Below are positions 1-11,100 of a stretch of 64,000 nt of DNA, piece by piece. Location: contig JBFJCP010000026.1 in assembly GCA_041615815.1 (NCBI GenBank), positions 8,567 through 72,566 of the forward strand, read 5' to 3'. A program made the translations under genes and the position numbers. The notes below the pieces were generated by a model. It was not told the origin of the DNA and did not search any database. It saw nothing but the letters and a program-made list of their open reading frames with translations. Source of the stretch: Gemmatimonadales bacterium. Lineage in GTDB: Bacteria; Gemmatimonadota; Gemmatimonadetes; Gemmatimonadales; GWC2-71-9. How positions within the stretch are numbered: position 1 is the first letter of the stretch; every line of letters starts with the position of its first letter.

Positions 1-32
1 CCTCCTCGAGCTAGTGCGCAACTGACCTACCC

Positions 33-614
33 GTGACATGGATTCGGACGATTCCTCCCAAAGAGGCGGGCGGCGCGCTCCGGCGCATTTATGAGGCTAG
101 CCAGCACGATTTTGGCTTCATTCCGAACATTCGACGAGCGCTGAGTCTGAACCCGGAAGCGTTGCGAGCCTATACGCAGCTCAGCGGGGCCGTCTATGGT
201 AGTGGCCCGCTCTCTGAACGTGAACGAGAGCTCATCGCAACCGTAGTCTCTGCGCTCAACGATTGTCATTATTGAAAGGAAGCGCACGCAGAGTTTCTGC
301 GAACGGTGACCCGGGATGACGACTTGGTCAATGCCGTCAAGCGAGATTGGCGCACCGCAAATCTGAGCACACGAGAGCGCGCGATCCTATCCTTTTGCCA
401 AAAACTGAAGCTGACACCGAGCGCGGTGAGTGCGACGGATGCGGAAGCGCTCCGCGATGCGACACTCGATGACGCAAGTTTCTTGTCCGTGGTGATGGTC
501 ACGGCGTTCTTCCAGATGGCAACGCGCATCGCCGACGGTCTTGGCGTCGACTTGGATGACGAACTGACCAGGGGCACCGAAGCGTACCGGCGGTTCGTCG
601 CAAGGGGATCCTGA
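33..614 (+). CDS. AhpD/carboxymuconolactone-decarboxylase-family (peroxidase-related) protein, predicted selenoprotein with Sec at TGA 273-275
   Basis: ORFs 33..275 and 306..614 are in the same frame, with only TGA 273-275 between them. Readthrough gives ERELIATVVSALNDCHY-U-KEAH, matching the AhpD ExxxxxVSxxNxCxYCxxxH motif. 193 aa. Confidence 0.88.
287..301 (+). promoter_or_regulatory. Candidate bacterial SECIS hairpin
   Basis: CGCAGA-GTT-TCTGCG perfect 6-bp stem beginning 11 nt after the in-frame TGA; loop starts with GU. Confidence 0.6.
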
Positions 615-615
615 T

Positions 616-2109
616 ATGCCGGCTCTGACGGTTTGCATCCGAGCCAGCGTCACTGCTGCGCTGCTCTTCGGCACGGCGTGTCAGACATCCCAAGCCCCGT
701 TTGACGTGGTGCTTTCCAATGGGCGCGTCATGGATCCCGAGTCGGGATTGGATGCGGTACGACACGTGGGAATTCGTGACGGTCGCATTGGCGCCATCTC
801 CACCGCACCCCTCGATGGCCGGGAGATCGTGGACGCGGAGGGCCTCGTCGTCGCGCCCGGATTCATCGACCTCCACGCCCACGGACAGGACTCGCTGAGC
901 AATCGCTATCAGGCGCGGGACGGGGTGACCACCGCCCTGGACCTGGAAGGCGGCGTCTTCCCCGTCGCCGGCTGGTACGCCTCCCGCGAGGGTTCGGCGG
1001 TGATCCACTACGGTGCGACGGTCGGACACATCCCGGCACGGGTGAAACTCAAACACGAAATCGATGTCGGACATTTTTCCACGAATCCCAACGCGCTCGC
1101 ACGAGGATTCAACATCGCGGCGGCGACGTACGAGGCGGCGAGCCCAACCGAGATCGACGAGCTCTTGGGATTACTTGGGCAGGGTCTCACGGAGGGAGCG
1201 CTCGGGATCGGGATGGGGTTGGCCTACACACCGGGTGCCCGCCGGGAAGAAGTGCTCGCCATGTTCCGCGTCGCGGCGGCACGCCGCGTTCCCGCGTTTG
1301 TACATGTCCGCTCCGCTGGCGAGATGGAGCCCGGAAGTAGCATCGAGGCGGTGCAGGAGGTGATCGCCAATGCCGCAGCCACGGGGGCGTCGCTCCACAT
1401 CGTGCACATCACGAGCAGTGGAGGCCGGCAGACACCGCTGGCGCTCGAGATCATCGAAGGCGCCCGCGCCAGCGGGCTGGATGTGACCACCGAGGCGTAT
1501 CCCTACACCGCCTGGTCCACTTATCTCGAGAGTGCGCTGTTCGATGATGGGTGGCGCGAGCAATTCGGCATGGACTACGGGGATCTGCAATGGGTGGAGA
1601 CGGGCGAACGCCTCACGGCCTCGACCTTCACGTCCTACCGCCAGCGCGGTGGGCTCGTCATCGGGCACGGCATCCCAGAGGACGTGGCCGCATATGCGGT
1701 AGGTCACCCCGCCGTCATGATCGCATCCGACGGCCTACCGTTTCGCACCGGAGGAGAACACCCACGAGGGGCCGGGACGTTTGCTCGCGTGCTAGGCCAT
1801 TACGTTCGCGAGAAGCAGGCATTGGGATTGATGGATGCCTTGCGAAAGATGACGATCATGCCCGCGCAGCGCCTCGAAGCGCACGTTCCGGCCATGAGAG
1901 ACAAAGGACGCATCCGGCAAGGCGCCGATGCGGACATCACCGTGTTCGATCCCGACCGGGTCATTGACCGGGCCACGTTCCAGCAGTCGATGCGCTTCTC
2001 AGAGGGTATCGTGCACGTCATCGTGGACGGGACTTTCGTGGTGCGGGACGGAGAATCGCTGCCCGGTGTTTTCCCCGGTCGCGCCATCACGACGAGGTCA
2101 CCCTCATGA
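616..2109 (+). CDS. Amidohydrolase (N-acyl-D-amino-acid deacylase-like), probable lipoprotein
   Basis: PGFIDLHAH metal motif, IASDG, HPRGAGTFARVLG, GADADITVFDP; N-terminal LLFGTAC lipobox-like sequence. Confidence 0.88.
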   Translation: MPALTVCIRASVTAALLFGTACQTSQAPFDVVLSNGRVMDPESGLDAVRHVGIRDGRIGAISTAPLDGREIVDAEGLVVAPGFIDLHAHGQDSLSNRYQARDGVTTALDLEGGVFPVAGWYASREGSAVIHYGATVGHIPARVKLKHEIDVGHFSTNPNALARGFNIAAATYEAASPTEIDELLGLLGQGLTEGALGIGMGLAYTPGARREEVLAMFRVAAARRVPAFVHVRSAGEMEPGSSIEAVQEVIANAAATGASLHIVHITSSGGRQTPLALEIIEGARASGLDVTTEAYPYTAWSTYLESALFDDGWREQFGMDYGDLQWVETGERLTASTFTSYRQRGGLVIGHGIPEDVAAYAVGHPAVMIASDGLPFRTGGEHPRGAGTFARVLGHYVREKQALGLMDALRKMTIMPAQRLEAHVPAMRDKGRIRQGADADITVFDPDRVIDRATFQQSMRFSEGIVHVIVDGTFVVRDGESLPGVFPGRAITTRSPS

Positions 2110-2141
2110 GCGCGGGCTGACACCGCGACACGAGACAGGCG

Positions 2142-3305
2142 ATGAACGTCCATGTTGATCGTGGGTACGTCACCGATCTCCTTGCCGATTTGGTGCGCAT
2201 CAACTCGGTGAATCCAGCGTTTACCGACGGCCGTACCGACGAGCGGGAGATCGGATGGTACCTCGTGGATGTGCTGACCCACGTCGGTCTCGACGTGTCC
2301 ACGAGAGAACCGGAGACCGGGAGGCTCAGCGTCATCGGCCGTTATGACAGCGGCACCCCCGGCCCTCGCGTCATCCTCTACGCTCATGTAGACACGGTCG
2401 GGGTGGAGGAGATGGCGGCGCCCTTTTCGGCGGAGTTGCGGGAGGGACGGCTCTACGGGCGAGGGGCATACGACATGAAGGGCGGTCTGACGGCCTGCGT
2501 TGCGGCGGCCAAAGTGCTGGCCCAAATGGAACGCCCAACTCGCGGTGAGGTGCTCGTGACCGCGGTGGCGGACGAGGAAGTTGCTAGCATAGGCATGGCA
2601 GACGTGCTAGAGCAGGTCCGTGCGGACGCCGCGATCGTCACCGAGCCGACGGAGCTCGACGTCTGTATCGCCCACAAGGGGTTCTGCTGGATCGAGGTGG
2701 AAACGTACGGGCACGCGGCGCATGGCAGCCGCTTTGACCTGGGCGTCGATGCCAACATGCGGATGGGGCGTTTCCTCGCCCGGCTCGATCGACTCGAGCG
2801 GGAGCTGCGTCTCTCCACGGGCCATGGGCTCGTGGGTCCACCCTCGCTTCACGCCCCGATCATTCGTGGGGGGTCCGGGCCATCCACCTATGCAGCAAAG
2901 TGCCGCCTCGAGATCGAACGTCGCACGATCCCCGGGGAAAACGAGGCCCTGGCCATGGGGGAAGTGCAGGACATCGTACGGATCCTGCAGGAGGAAGACC
3001 CGACTTTCGATGCCCATGTGCGCAAGCTCATCGCCCGTGCCCCGTTCGAGATCTCTCGCGACACCCGCATCGTGCAGACGATCCGCCAAGCGGCCGGGAT
3101 GGTCCTCGGGGGGGAGCCCACGATCGTCGGGGCGCCGTATTGGATGGACGCAGCGCTGTTGCAGGCGGCCGGAATCGAGACAGTGGTGATGGGCCCTATC
3201 GGAGAGGGCGCCCACGCCGTCGAAGAATGGGTGGATGTAGAATCGGTCGCCGCCCTCGCCGAGATTCTCGTACACGCGGTCCTCGCGTATTGTGAGGAGA
3301 TCTAG
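2142..3305 (+). CDS. M20 family ArgE/DapE-like deacylase/peptidase
   Basis: AHVDTV, GRGAYDMKGG, ADEE, TEPT, G.AAHGS and AHAVEE motifs. Confidence 0.92.
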   Translation: MNVHVDRGYVTDLLADLVRINSVNPAFTDGRTDEREIGWYLVDVLTHVGLDVSTREPETGRLSVIGRYDSGTPGPRVILYAHVDTVGVEEMAAPFSAELREGRLYGRGAYDMKGGLTACVAAAKVLAQMERPTRGEVLVTAVADEEVASIGMADVLEQVRADAAIVTEPTELDVCIAHKGFCWIEVETYGHAAHGSRFDLGVDANMRMGRFLARLDRLERELRLSTGHGLVGPPSLHAPIIRGGSGPSTYAAKCRLEIERRTIPGENEALAMGEVQDIVRILQEEDPTFDAHVRKLIARAPFEISRDTRIVQTIRQAAGMVLGGEPTIVGAPYWMDAALLQAAGIETVVMGPIGEGAHAVEEWVDVESVAALAEILVHAVLAYCEEI

Positions 3306-3334
3306 CGCGTCGGTGCCCATCCCGGCCCTCGCGT

Positions 3335-4798
3335 CTATTCTCCCAGACTCTCGAACAATCGCCGCACACGCTCGTCGGCCGGACCGCCACCCCGTAATCC
3401 CAACGTGATGTATGCGGCCGTTGACAGCAGCATGGCTGGAAACAACGCGTGAATCCGGCTGCCGAGCGGCAGGTACTTCCATCCCACGAGCACGGCCACC
3501 CCCACCACGAACGACGCGATGACCGCTCGCCCGTTCCCTCGATGCCAATGCAAACCCAAGACGATGGCCGGCAGAAAACACGCGGCGTACAGGCTCCCGG
3601 AGAACGCGGTGAGGGTCACGATCTGTCCTGGCGGGTCGAGCGCGATCAGCGCGGTGATCACGGCAAACAGGGCCACGTACCACCTGGTTGCCCGAATCAT
3701 CGACGCATCCGTGCCCCCCGGACGCCAGACGCTCACGAGGTCACGCTCGCAGGTCGAGGCCATGACGAGCAGAACGCTGTCCAGAGACGACATGGCGGCG
3801 GCCACCATCGCGACCAGCAGAAACGCCGAGACGGCGGGATGGAAGACATTCCCCCCGCTCAACAGCATGGGGACCACGAGATCGGTGTCGGTGACAGGGG
3901 TGGCGAGAACGCGATGGGCATAGAGCCCAATCGGAAGAAGGAGCGAGTAGACCACGAGAAATGCGAGGGTCGATACCCACATCCCGGATCGCGTGGCACG
4001 GTGATCCTCGAGCGCATAGAACCGCGAGAGCTGCCGGGGCTCCACCACGAACTTCATCGTGCCGGCGACCACGATCCCGATGAGGACCGGAAACGGCATG
4101 GCAGCGTCCCATCGAAAGAGCGGTGTGGTGTCCGGGGACGAGCGCAGCACGTCGAGCGCGCCGAGCCCACCGGCGGCGGAGATGGTCCCGCCGAACAGCA
4201 GCAGAGCCGCAAAGACCATGACGACTCCCTGGACGACGTCGGTCCGCACCACGGACACGAAGCCCCCGACCGCCGTATACAACATCACGATGACGAGCAC
4301 AACACCGATGGCCAGTGGATACGGAACCTCGAGGAACACTTCCAGGAGATTGCCGATTCCCTTGAAAACGGCCGTCATGTAGAGGAAGCTGGAAAACAGC
4401 ACGATGAGCGCCGCCGCCACCCGCGCGGGAACACTGGAAAAACGGAAGCCAATGAAATCCGGGATCGTGACCGATTCCAACGACGCGGTAAATCGGCGCA
4501 GGCGGGGTGCGACCACGGCCCAAGCGACGATGCAGAACACGACGGCCACGGGTGCCAGTAACAGCCACGGGGCGCCGTACGCGTACGCCTGACCAGAAAA
4601 GCCGACGAAACTGTTGGTGCTCGAGTACGTGGCAAAAAAGGACAGGCCGAGGGCCACGCCGCCCATCGTTCGCCCACCCACGTAATAGTCGACGATGCCA
4701 CGAGTGCGCCGCTTTCCCTCGAGGGCATGGTATGCCATGAGGCCGGTGTAAAGGGCGAGCAGCGTGATGGCGAAACCGTGGGCCTCGAGCCATTGCAT
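3335..4798 (-). CDS. Sodium:solute symporter family transporter
   Basis: DYYVGGR, SFFATYSSTNSFVG, TIPDFIGFRF, VVRTDVVQG, AAAMSSLDS; many transmembrane segments; ATG 4798 preceded by GAGGTG. Confidence 0.92.
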   Translation of the reverse strand: MQWLEAHGFAITLLALYTGLMAYHALEGKRRTRGIVDYYVGGRTMGGVALGLSFFATYSSTNSFVGFSGQAYAYGAPWLLLAPVAVVFCIVAWAVVAPRLRRFTASLESVTIPDFIGFRFSSVPARVAAALIVLFSSFLYMTAVFKGIGNLLEVFLEVPYPLAIGVVLVIVMLYTAVGGFVSVVRTDVVQGVVMVFAALLLFGGTISAAGGLGALDVLRSSPDTTPLFRWDAAMPFPVLIGIVVAGTMKFVVEPRQLSRFYALEDHRATRSGMWVSTLAFLVVYSLLLPIGLYAHRVLATPVTDTDLVVPMLLSGGNVFHPAVSAFLLVAMVAAAMSSLDSVLLVMASTCERDLVSVWRPGGTDASMIRATRWYVALFAVITALIALDPPGQIVTLTAFSGSLYAACFLPAIVLGLHWHRGNGRAVIASFVVGVAVLVGWKYLPLGSRIHALFPAMLLSTAAYITLGLRGGGPADERVRRLFESLGE

Positions 4799-5092
4799 GA
4801 GGGCGCACACCTCTATTTAGTGGGGCCGCCGCCCAATTAACTCGCATTGTGGGCTCGAGCAACCCAAAGCGCGTCCAATACGCTCATCGCCGCGGGACCA
4901 CGGTGGACGTCGGCGGGATGCAGATGCCCGAGCGGCCGGAAGAACGGTTCGTCGAGGGGTGGTGGCTCGGGCGGGGTCATGGCTTCCCCGACGCCGCCCG
5001 GCGAGGGCTCCCCGTGGCCACGCGGCCTGGTCGGTGGGAATCCCAATACCTATAGTACAGGCGCCTGGACAGGACGACTGAGTATCTCAATC

Positions 5093-8059
5093 GTGAAGAA
5101 TCACTACGAGCGTGTGAAGGCCGCCCTGGCGGATCGCTACGCCTTGGTACGGGAGCTGGGGCGAGGTGGGGCCGCCACGGTCTACGTGGCAAAGGACCTG
5201 AACCACAACCGCGAGGTTGCGGTCAAGGTATTGCGGCCGGAGCTCACCGCGGCGGTGAGCGCCGAGCGCTTCCTGCGAGAGATCGAGATCGCGGCAAACC
5301 TGTCCCATCCCCACATCCTGCCAGTCTACGATTCGGGAACGGCCGGAGGGGTCTTGTACTACGTCATGCCGCTCGTGGAAGGCGAATCCCTGCGCGCTCG
5401 TATCAATCGAGAGACGCAATTGCCGCTTGAGGATGCGCTCAAGATCACGCGCGAGGTCGCGGATGCACTTGGCCATGCGCACAGCTACGGGGTCGTGCAC
5501 CGGGACGTGAAACCGGAGAACATTCTTCTTTCCGGGGACCACGCCATCATCGCCGATTTTGGGGTGGCGCGCGCCGTCGAGATGGCCGGAACGGATCGAC
5601 TCACGGAGACAGGCCTCGTCGTCGGAACGCCCGCCTACATGAGCCCGGAACAGGCCAGCGGCGATTCTCGAGTGGACGGGCGTGCGGATCTCTACTCCCT
5701 GGCGTGCGTGCTCTATGAGATGGTGGGGGGAGAACCGCCACACTCCGGTCCAACGCCGCAGGCCATTCTCGCGCGACAGCTCACCGGTGAAGTTCGGTCG
5801 CTGCGTCCGCTCCGCTCAACGGTCTCACCCGCGCTCGACCGCGCCATTCGCCGGGCGCTGGCTCCAGCGGCCGCAGACCGGTACCCCACGGCGAGCGACT
5901 TCGTCCGGAGTCTTGCTGCGGGCGAAGCCGAACCCACCACGCCGCCGGCGCGGCCCGTCGGTGCCCGGCTGGCGCTCGGTGTTGTCGGTGCGCTGGTATT
6001 GGGAGCCGTGGCCTACGTGGGGCTGGGTCGGGACGGCGCGGTCAGCTCCGTGACCGATGACCGGCTTGCGGTCGCCGTCTTTCCCTTTCGACCCACAGAC
6101 GCCGACGCGGCACAATGGTCCGAGCAGGTACCGGATCTCCTGGCCACGGTCCTCGATGGCACGCCGGAGGTCCGTGTTGCGGATCCGTGGTCGCTGTGGC
6201 GGACGCTACGTCCCGAGCGGACGGCCCGAGCGGTCAGTCCCGTGGACCCCCTCGAGGCGAGCGAGATTGCTGGCGACGCGGGAGCGGACCGGTTCGTCCT
6301 GGGTACCGTGACCGACGATGCGGGCATCATTCGCCTCAACGTTCGAGTGTATCGGGCCGGGGTCGGCGAACCGCTCCGCGCCTTCTTGTTCGATGGGCCA
6401 GCAGATAGCCTGGGAGGTTTGGTTCAACGTCTTGCCGTGGCGATCATTGGGGAGGTGTTTCCGCGGAGACCTGCCACGGACCTCCCCGGATCATCGGTTG
6501 CCGGCTACGGCACGCAGTCCGCCGACGCGCTCAAATCCTATCTCCGTGCCCGGGATGCGATGCGGCGCGGCCAAGTGGACGAGGCCGACGCGGCGATCGA
6601 CCAGGCAGTGGCCGCAGACTCGACATTTGCGCTCGCCTTGGTGGAAGCGACGACCATCAAGTCGTGGGTGATGTTTCTCAGCGGGGAGTTCTTCCGGGGC
6701 CTCATGGAGCTCGCCGAGCGGGCCGTGCGCTATAGTGACTCTCTGAGCGAGCGGAACCGCCTGCGCGCGAGGTCGGCCTTGGCCTCCATCCGAACCGACG
6801 GCATTACCGCTGCGGAAGCAGCGACACGGATCGTCCAAATCGACAGCTCGGATGTGGACGGCTGGCGCCGTCTGGCGTACTACCAGTCCGTGTATGGATG
6901 GCAGTTTGGTGCCGACGAGTACGACGCCGTTCGCTCGGCTGAGCGGGCCGTCCAACTCGACTCGACCTTCATCCCGTCGTTGCTCAGCCGCGCCTGGCTT
7001 TCGGTTACGTGGGAGAATCCCGAAGACATTCGCGTGCAGATGGTGCGATTGGGGCAGGTGGATACTACCAACGCCCTGGTACGGGCAACGTTGATCGCGC
7101 TGCGTGGCGTGCTGGCCGATGATCGGGAGTTCGATGCGCTCGCCGACACGATCGGCGCGGCACCGTTCCGGGAGTGGTTGACTGCCATTCGCTACCTTCG
7201 GTCGCTGCGCCCGAGCCGCGCCGAGGCGGTGCTCGATCGCCTGCGTGGCCGGGCGAGTCCAGGGACTCCTCAACGGGCGGTGCTCGGCGAAATCGCGCGC
7301 CTCAAGATTGCCGAGGGCCGTATCGCAGAAGTCGACTCGGGCATCGCGGCGGGGGACTACGAAGTCCAGGAACTCTATAAGAACCTGCGCCGCTTTTTCG
7401 TGGCAGCCAGTATAGCGGGCGTCGGCGACCCGGCCGTGAGTGAACGGGCTGTCGCCTGGCTCGAGGAGTACGTGCCACCGGATTCCGCGCTTCACTACTT
7501 CGAGACGCGCCCCGTCTGGTGGACCCTCTGGTTGGTGGGGGCCTATCACGCGACGGTCGGCGATACCCTGATCACACAGCGCTGGAAGGAGGCTATCGGG
7601 ACACTGCCGGCCGGCGGCACGTCGTCGGACTACCGTGGCGGACTTCAGGCCGACTTGGATGCCCGTGTCGCTGCACGTCGCGGCGATCTGACCGCTGCCG
7701 TCCCGCTGGCCGAGCGTGCCGTTCACTTGTGGTCCATCCATACCGACAACGACTGGGAAGCCTTGGCCGCGCCCGCCATGCGGTTCCACCTCGCGATGCT
7801 GATGCGAGCCACGGGGCGTCCGGACAGTGCCGAGGCCCTGCTTCACTCGCTCGTGCCGCCGACGACGTGGATGGGCTTCTACACCGCCCGAGCGTCCTAC
7901 GAGCTCGGTCAGCTGGCCGAGGCTCGTGAGGACTTCGAGGACGCGGCACGCTATTACCTGGCGGCTGTGCGCCTGTGGGAGCGGGGGGGCGCCGAGGTGC
8001 GCGAGTGGCGCGAACAGGCCACGCAGGGGCTTCGGCGCGTCGTCGGACGTCGGGGCTAG
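5093..8059 (+). CDS. Hanks-type Ser/Thr protein kinase with TM segment and TolB-N/TPR-like C-terminal region
   Basis: GRGGAATV, VAVKVL, HRDVKPEN, DFG, GTPAYMSPEQ; TM LALGVVGALVLGAVAYVGL; helical repeat tail. Start chosen at GTG 5093 (ORF is open from 4847). Confidence 0.9.
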   Translation: MKNHYERVKAALADRYALVRELGRGGAATVYVAKDLNHNREVAVKVLRPELTAAVSAERFLREIEIAANLSHPHILPVYDSGTAGGVLYYVMPLVEGESLRARINRETQLPLEDALKITREVADALGHAHSYGVVHRDVKPENILLSGDHAIIADFGVARAVEMAGTDRLTETGLVVGTPAYMSPEQASGDSRVDGRADLYSLACVLYEMVGGEPPHSGPTPQAILARQLTGEVRSLRPLRSTVSPALDRAIRRALAPAAADRYPTASDFVRSLAAGEAEPTTPPARPVGARLALGVVGALVLGAVAYVGLGRDGAVSSVTDDRLAVAVFPFRPTDADAAQWSEQVPDLLATVLDGTPEVRVADPWSLWRTLRPERTARAVSPVDPLEASEIAGDAGADRFVLGTVTDDAGIIRLNVRVYRAGVGEPLRAFLFDGPADSLGGLVQRLAVAIIGEVFPRRPATDLPGSSVAGYGTQSADALKSYLRARDAMRRGQVDEADAAIDQAVAADSTFALALVEATTIKSWVMFLSGEFFRGLMELAERAVRYSDSLSERNRLRARSALASIRTDGITAAEAATRIVQIDSSDVDGWRRLAYYQSVYGWQFGADEYDAVRSAERAVQLDSTFIPSLLSRAWLSVTWENPEDIRVQMVRLGQVDTTNALVRATLIALRGVLADDREFDALADTIGAAPFREWLTAIRYLRSLRPSRAEAVLDRLRGRASPGTPQRAVLGEIARLKIAEGRIAEVDSGIAAGDYEVQELYKNLRRFFVAASIAGVGDPAVSERAVAWLEEYVPPDSALHYFETRPVWWTLWLVGAYHATVGDTLITQRWKEAIGTLPAGGTSSDYRGGLQADLDARVAARRGDLTAAVPLAERAVHLWSIHTDNDWEALAAPAMRFHLAMLMRATGRPDSAEALLHSLVPPTTWMGFYTARASYELGQLAEAREDFEDAARYYLAAVRLWERGGAEVREWREQATQGLRRVVGRRG

Positions 8060-8147
8060 CATCACCACCCGTGCTTCCCTCCAACAGGGTACGAAGGTAG
8101 TCTAGAGCACGTTCGTTCCTGATCTCTCCCTGTCTCGTGGGCACATC

Positions 8148-11100
8148 ATGATGCACGAAGCCAAGCGTCTTGCAAAGTTCTGCGTTGCCATCCTTCTGGG
8201 TAGCGGCACTGCGCTCAACGCGCAAGAGATGCAGCTCGATCCCTCGCTCTATCAGAGCATGGAATGGCGCAATATCGGCCCGTACCGCGGCGGTCGCTCG
8301 GTGGCCGTCGCCGGAGTGACCTCCAAGCCGCTCGTCTACTACTTCGGCGGGGTGGGCAGCGGGGTGTGGAAGACGACCGATGCGGGGCAGACGTGGAGTA
8401 ATGTCTCCGACTCGACGTTTGGGACCTCGTCGGTGGGCGCGCTGGCCGTGGCACCGTCGGATCCCAACGTGATCTACGTCGGCATGGGGGAGCACGCGGT
8501 ACGTGGGGTGGCCACGTCCTATGGAGACGGTGTCTATAAATCGACCGACGCCGGAAAAACGTGGCGGCATATGGGGCTGCGGGAGACGCGGCATGTCGCC
8601 GCGGTGGTCGTGCATCCGACGAATGCGGATCTCGTCTATGTGGCGGCGCAGGGCGCCGTCCATGGGCCCACCGAGCACCGCGGTGTGTATCGGTCGAAAG
8701 ACGGCGGCGCCACGTGGGAACGAGTCTTGTACTTGAACGAGACCACGGGCGCCAGCGCGCTCAGTATGGACCGAACAAATCCCCGTATCCTCTACGCAGG
8801 CACCTGGGATCACCTGCGGCGCCCGTGGGAGGTGCGGAGCGGCGGCCCGGGCAGTGGCATTCATAAGTCCACCGATGGCGGTGACACCTGGACGAGACTC
8901 ACCAACGGATTCCCGGAGCTGATGGGGAAGACCAGCGTCTCGGTGTCAGCGGATCCGGAGCGGGTCTACGCCCTGGTGGAAGCCGATCCGGGTGGGGGGG
9001 TGTTTCGCTCCGACGACGGTGGCACGAGCTGGAAGAACATCAACGACAATTGGACGCTGAGGGCGCGCGCATGGTATTACATCCACATTCATGCAGACCC
9101 GCAAAACGCGGATGTCGTGTGGATCATGAACGCCCCACTCATGAAGAGTATCGATGGCGGCAAGAGCTTCACGCGGGTGCGCACGCCGCACGGCGACAAT
9201 CACGCGTTGTGGATCAACCCCACCAACAGCGAATACCTGATCAATGGCAACGACGGCGGAGCCAACGTATCGCTCAACGGCGGTACCACGTGGTCCACAC
9301 AACAGAATCAACCCACGGCACAGTTCTATCGTGTCAACACCGATAACCGGTTCCCGTACTACGTGTACGGCGGGCAGCAGGACAATTCGTCAGTCGCCAT
9401 CGTGAGCCGGACCAGCGGTCGCGGCATCGGATGGAAGGATTGGTATGCTGTGGCGGGTTGTGAGAGCGCCTATGTCGCATTCGACCCCGACAATCCCGCG
9501 CGCAACTATGGCGGGTGCTATATGGGACAGATAGAGGAATTCGACGAAGCCATCCGAGAATCGCACAATGTGATGGCCTATCCGTTCCTACCGGCTGCCC
9601 TCGCCTCCAGGGACATCAAATATCGCTTCAATTGGAATGCGCCGATCGTCGTATCCCAACACGACCCCAGGGTGATCTACCATGCGGGCAACGTGCTGTT
9701 GAAGTCCACGAACCGCGGCCGAAGCTGGGAAGAGATCAGTCCGGATCTCACTCGGGATGACGATGCCAAACAAGGACCCGGTGGGAGTCCGATCACCAAC
9801 GAGGGTGCGGGAGGTGAAATCTACGGCACGATCATGTACGTGGCCGAATCGCCGCACGATGCGGCCACCATCTGGACCGGGAGCGACGACGGACTCGTGC
9901 AGGTCACGCGGGACGGGGGCCGGAACTGGGCTAACGTGACGCCTCGCGACATGCCGGAGGGCATGGTCAATGCCATCGATGTCTCACCCCACGATCCGGC
10001 CGTGGTCTACGTTGCCTTCACGCGATACAAGTTCAACGATTTCACGCCACACATCTACAAGTCCAGAGACTACGGACAGAGTTGGACGAGGATCGTGAAA
10101 GGCATCGCGCCTGACGCATTCGTGCGGGTGGTACGCGAAGATCCGAAACGGCGGGGCCTCCTCTATGCCGGTACCGAAACGGGCCTCTATGTTTCCTGGA
10201 ACGACGGGGCCGACTGGCAGTCGCTGCAGCTTGGGATGCCGATCACGCCCATCACCGATCTCAAGATTCAAGGTCAACACAACGATCTCGTGGCAGCAAC
10301 GCAGGGCAGGGGATTCTGGATTCTGGATGATCTCTCCCCACTGCAGCAGATGAATCTTCGGATCGCCCGTTCACCGGTCCATCTGTTCGAGCCTCGGGAT
10401 GCGTATCGCATGGCGGGGGGTGGCGGGTTCCAGTTCCCCATGGCGAATGCAGGAAAGAACCCACCAGCCGGTGCGATCGTCGATGTGTATCTGACTAATG
10501 CGAGCGATTCGATTACGGTGACCATGGACGTGCTGGACCCTGCGGGCGCCGTGATCCGAACGTATTCGACCGATCGGGAAGCCACGACGGACTCGAGTTC
10601 TGTGATCAAGGTCAAGCAGGGGCATAACCGCCTTTCGTGGGACCTGCGGTATGAAACCCTCGAGAACGTCCCCAAGCTGTACACGTGGGGGAGTCTCCGC
10701 GGGCACCGCGTCGCGCCGGGGACGTACCAGATTCGCGTATCGCAGGGAGATGTGAGCGTCACCGTACCGGTGAGCGTGCGGCGTGACCCGCGTGTGGACG
10801 CTACCGATGCCGACTTCCGCGATCAAGATCGCTTCATCGCGCGGGTGTCTGCGGAACTGTCCGCGATCCACCAGGGTGTGATTCGTCTTCAGCAGGTGCG
10901 AGCGCAGGTGGAGGACCTCATGGAGCGCACCAAGGATGCCGCAGCCGGCAAACCGGTGGGGGATGCGGGAAAACACCTCGTAGCCGATTTGACCGCCCTG
11001 GAAGACTCGCTGGTGCAAAAACGGGTCGCTGACGGACAGACGGTGATCAACTTCCCATCCCGCTTGCGGTTTCAATACGTCTACCTTCGGGGGGCGGTCG

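Noticed and set aside
4837..4980. Possible 47-aa minus-strand ORF upstream of the sodium:solute symporter
   Set aside because: Not hydrophobic like the usual symporter-associated small subunits, has no recognisable motif and only a weak RBS.
4847..5092. Long N-terminal extension of the first kinase (similar extensions at 21583, 24691, 25653, 37424, 41630, 61287)
   Set aside because: Low-complexity open-frame run-ups typical of high GC. Better starts lie at domain or signal-peptide boundaries.
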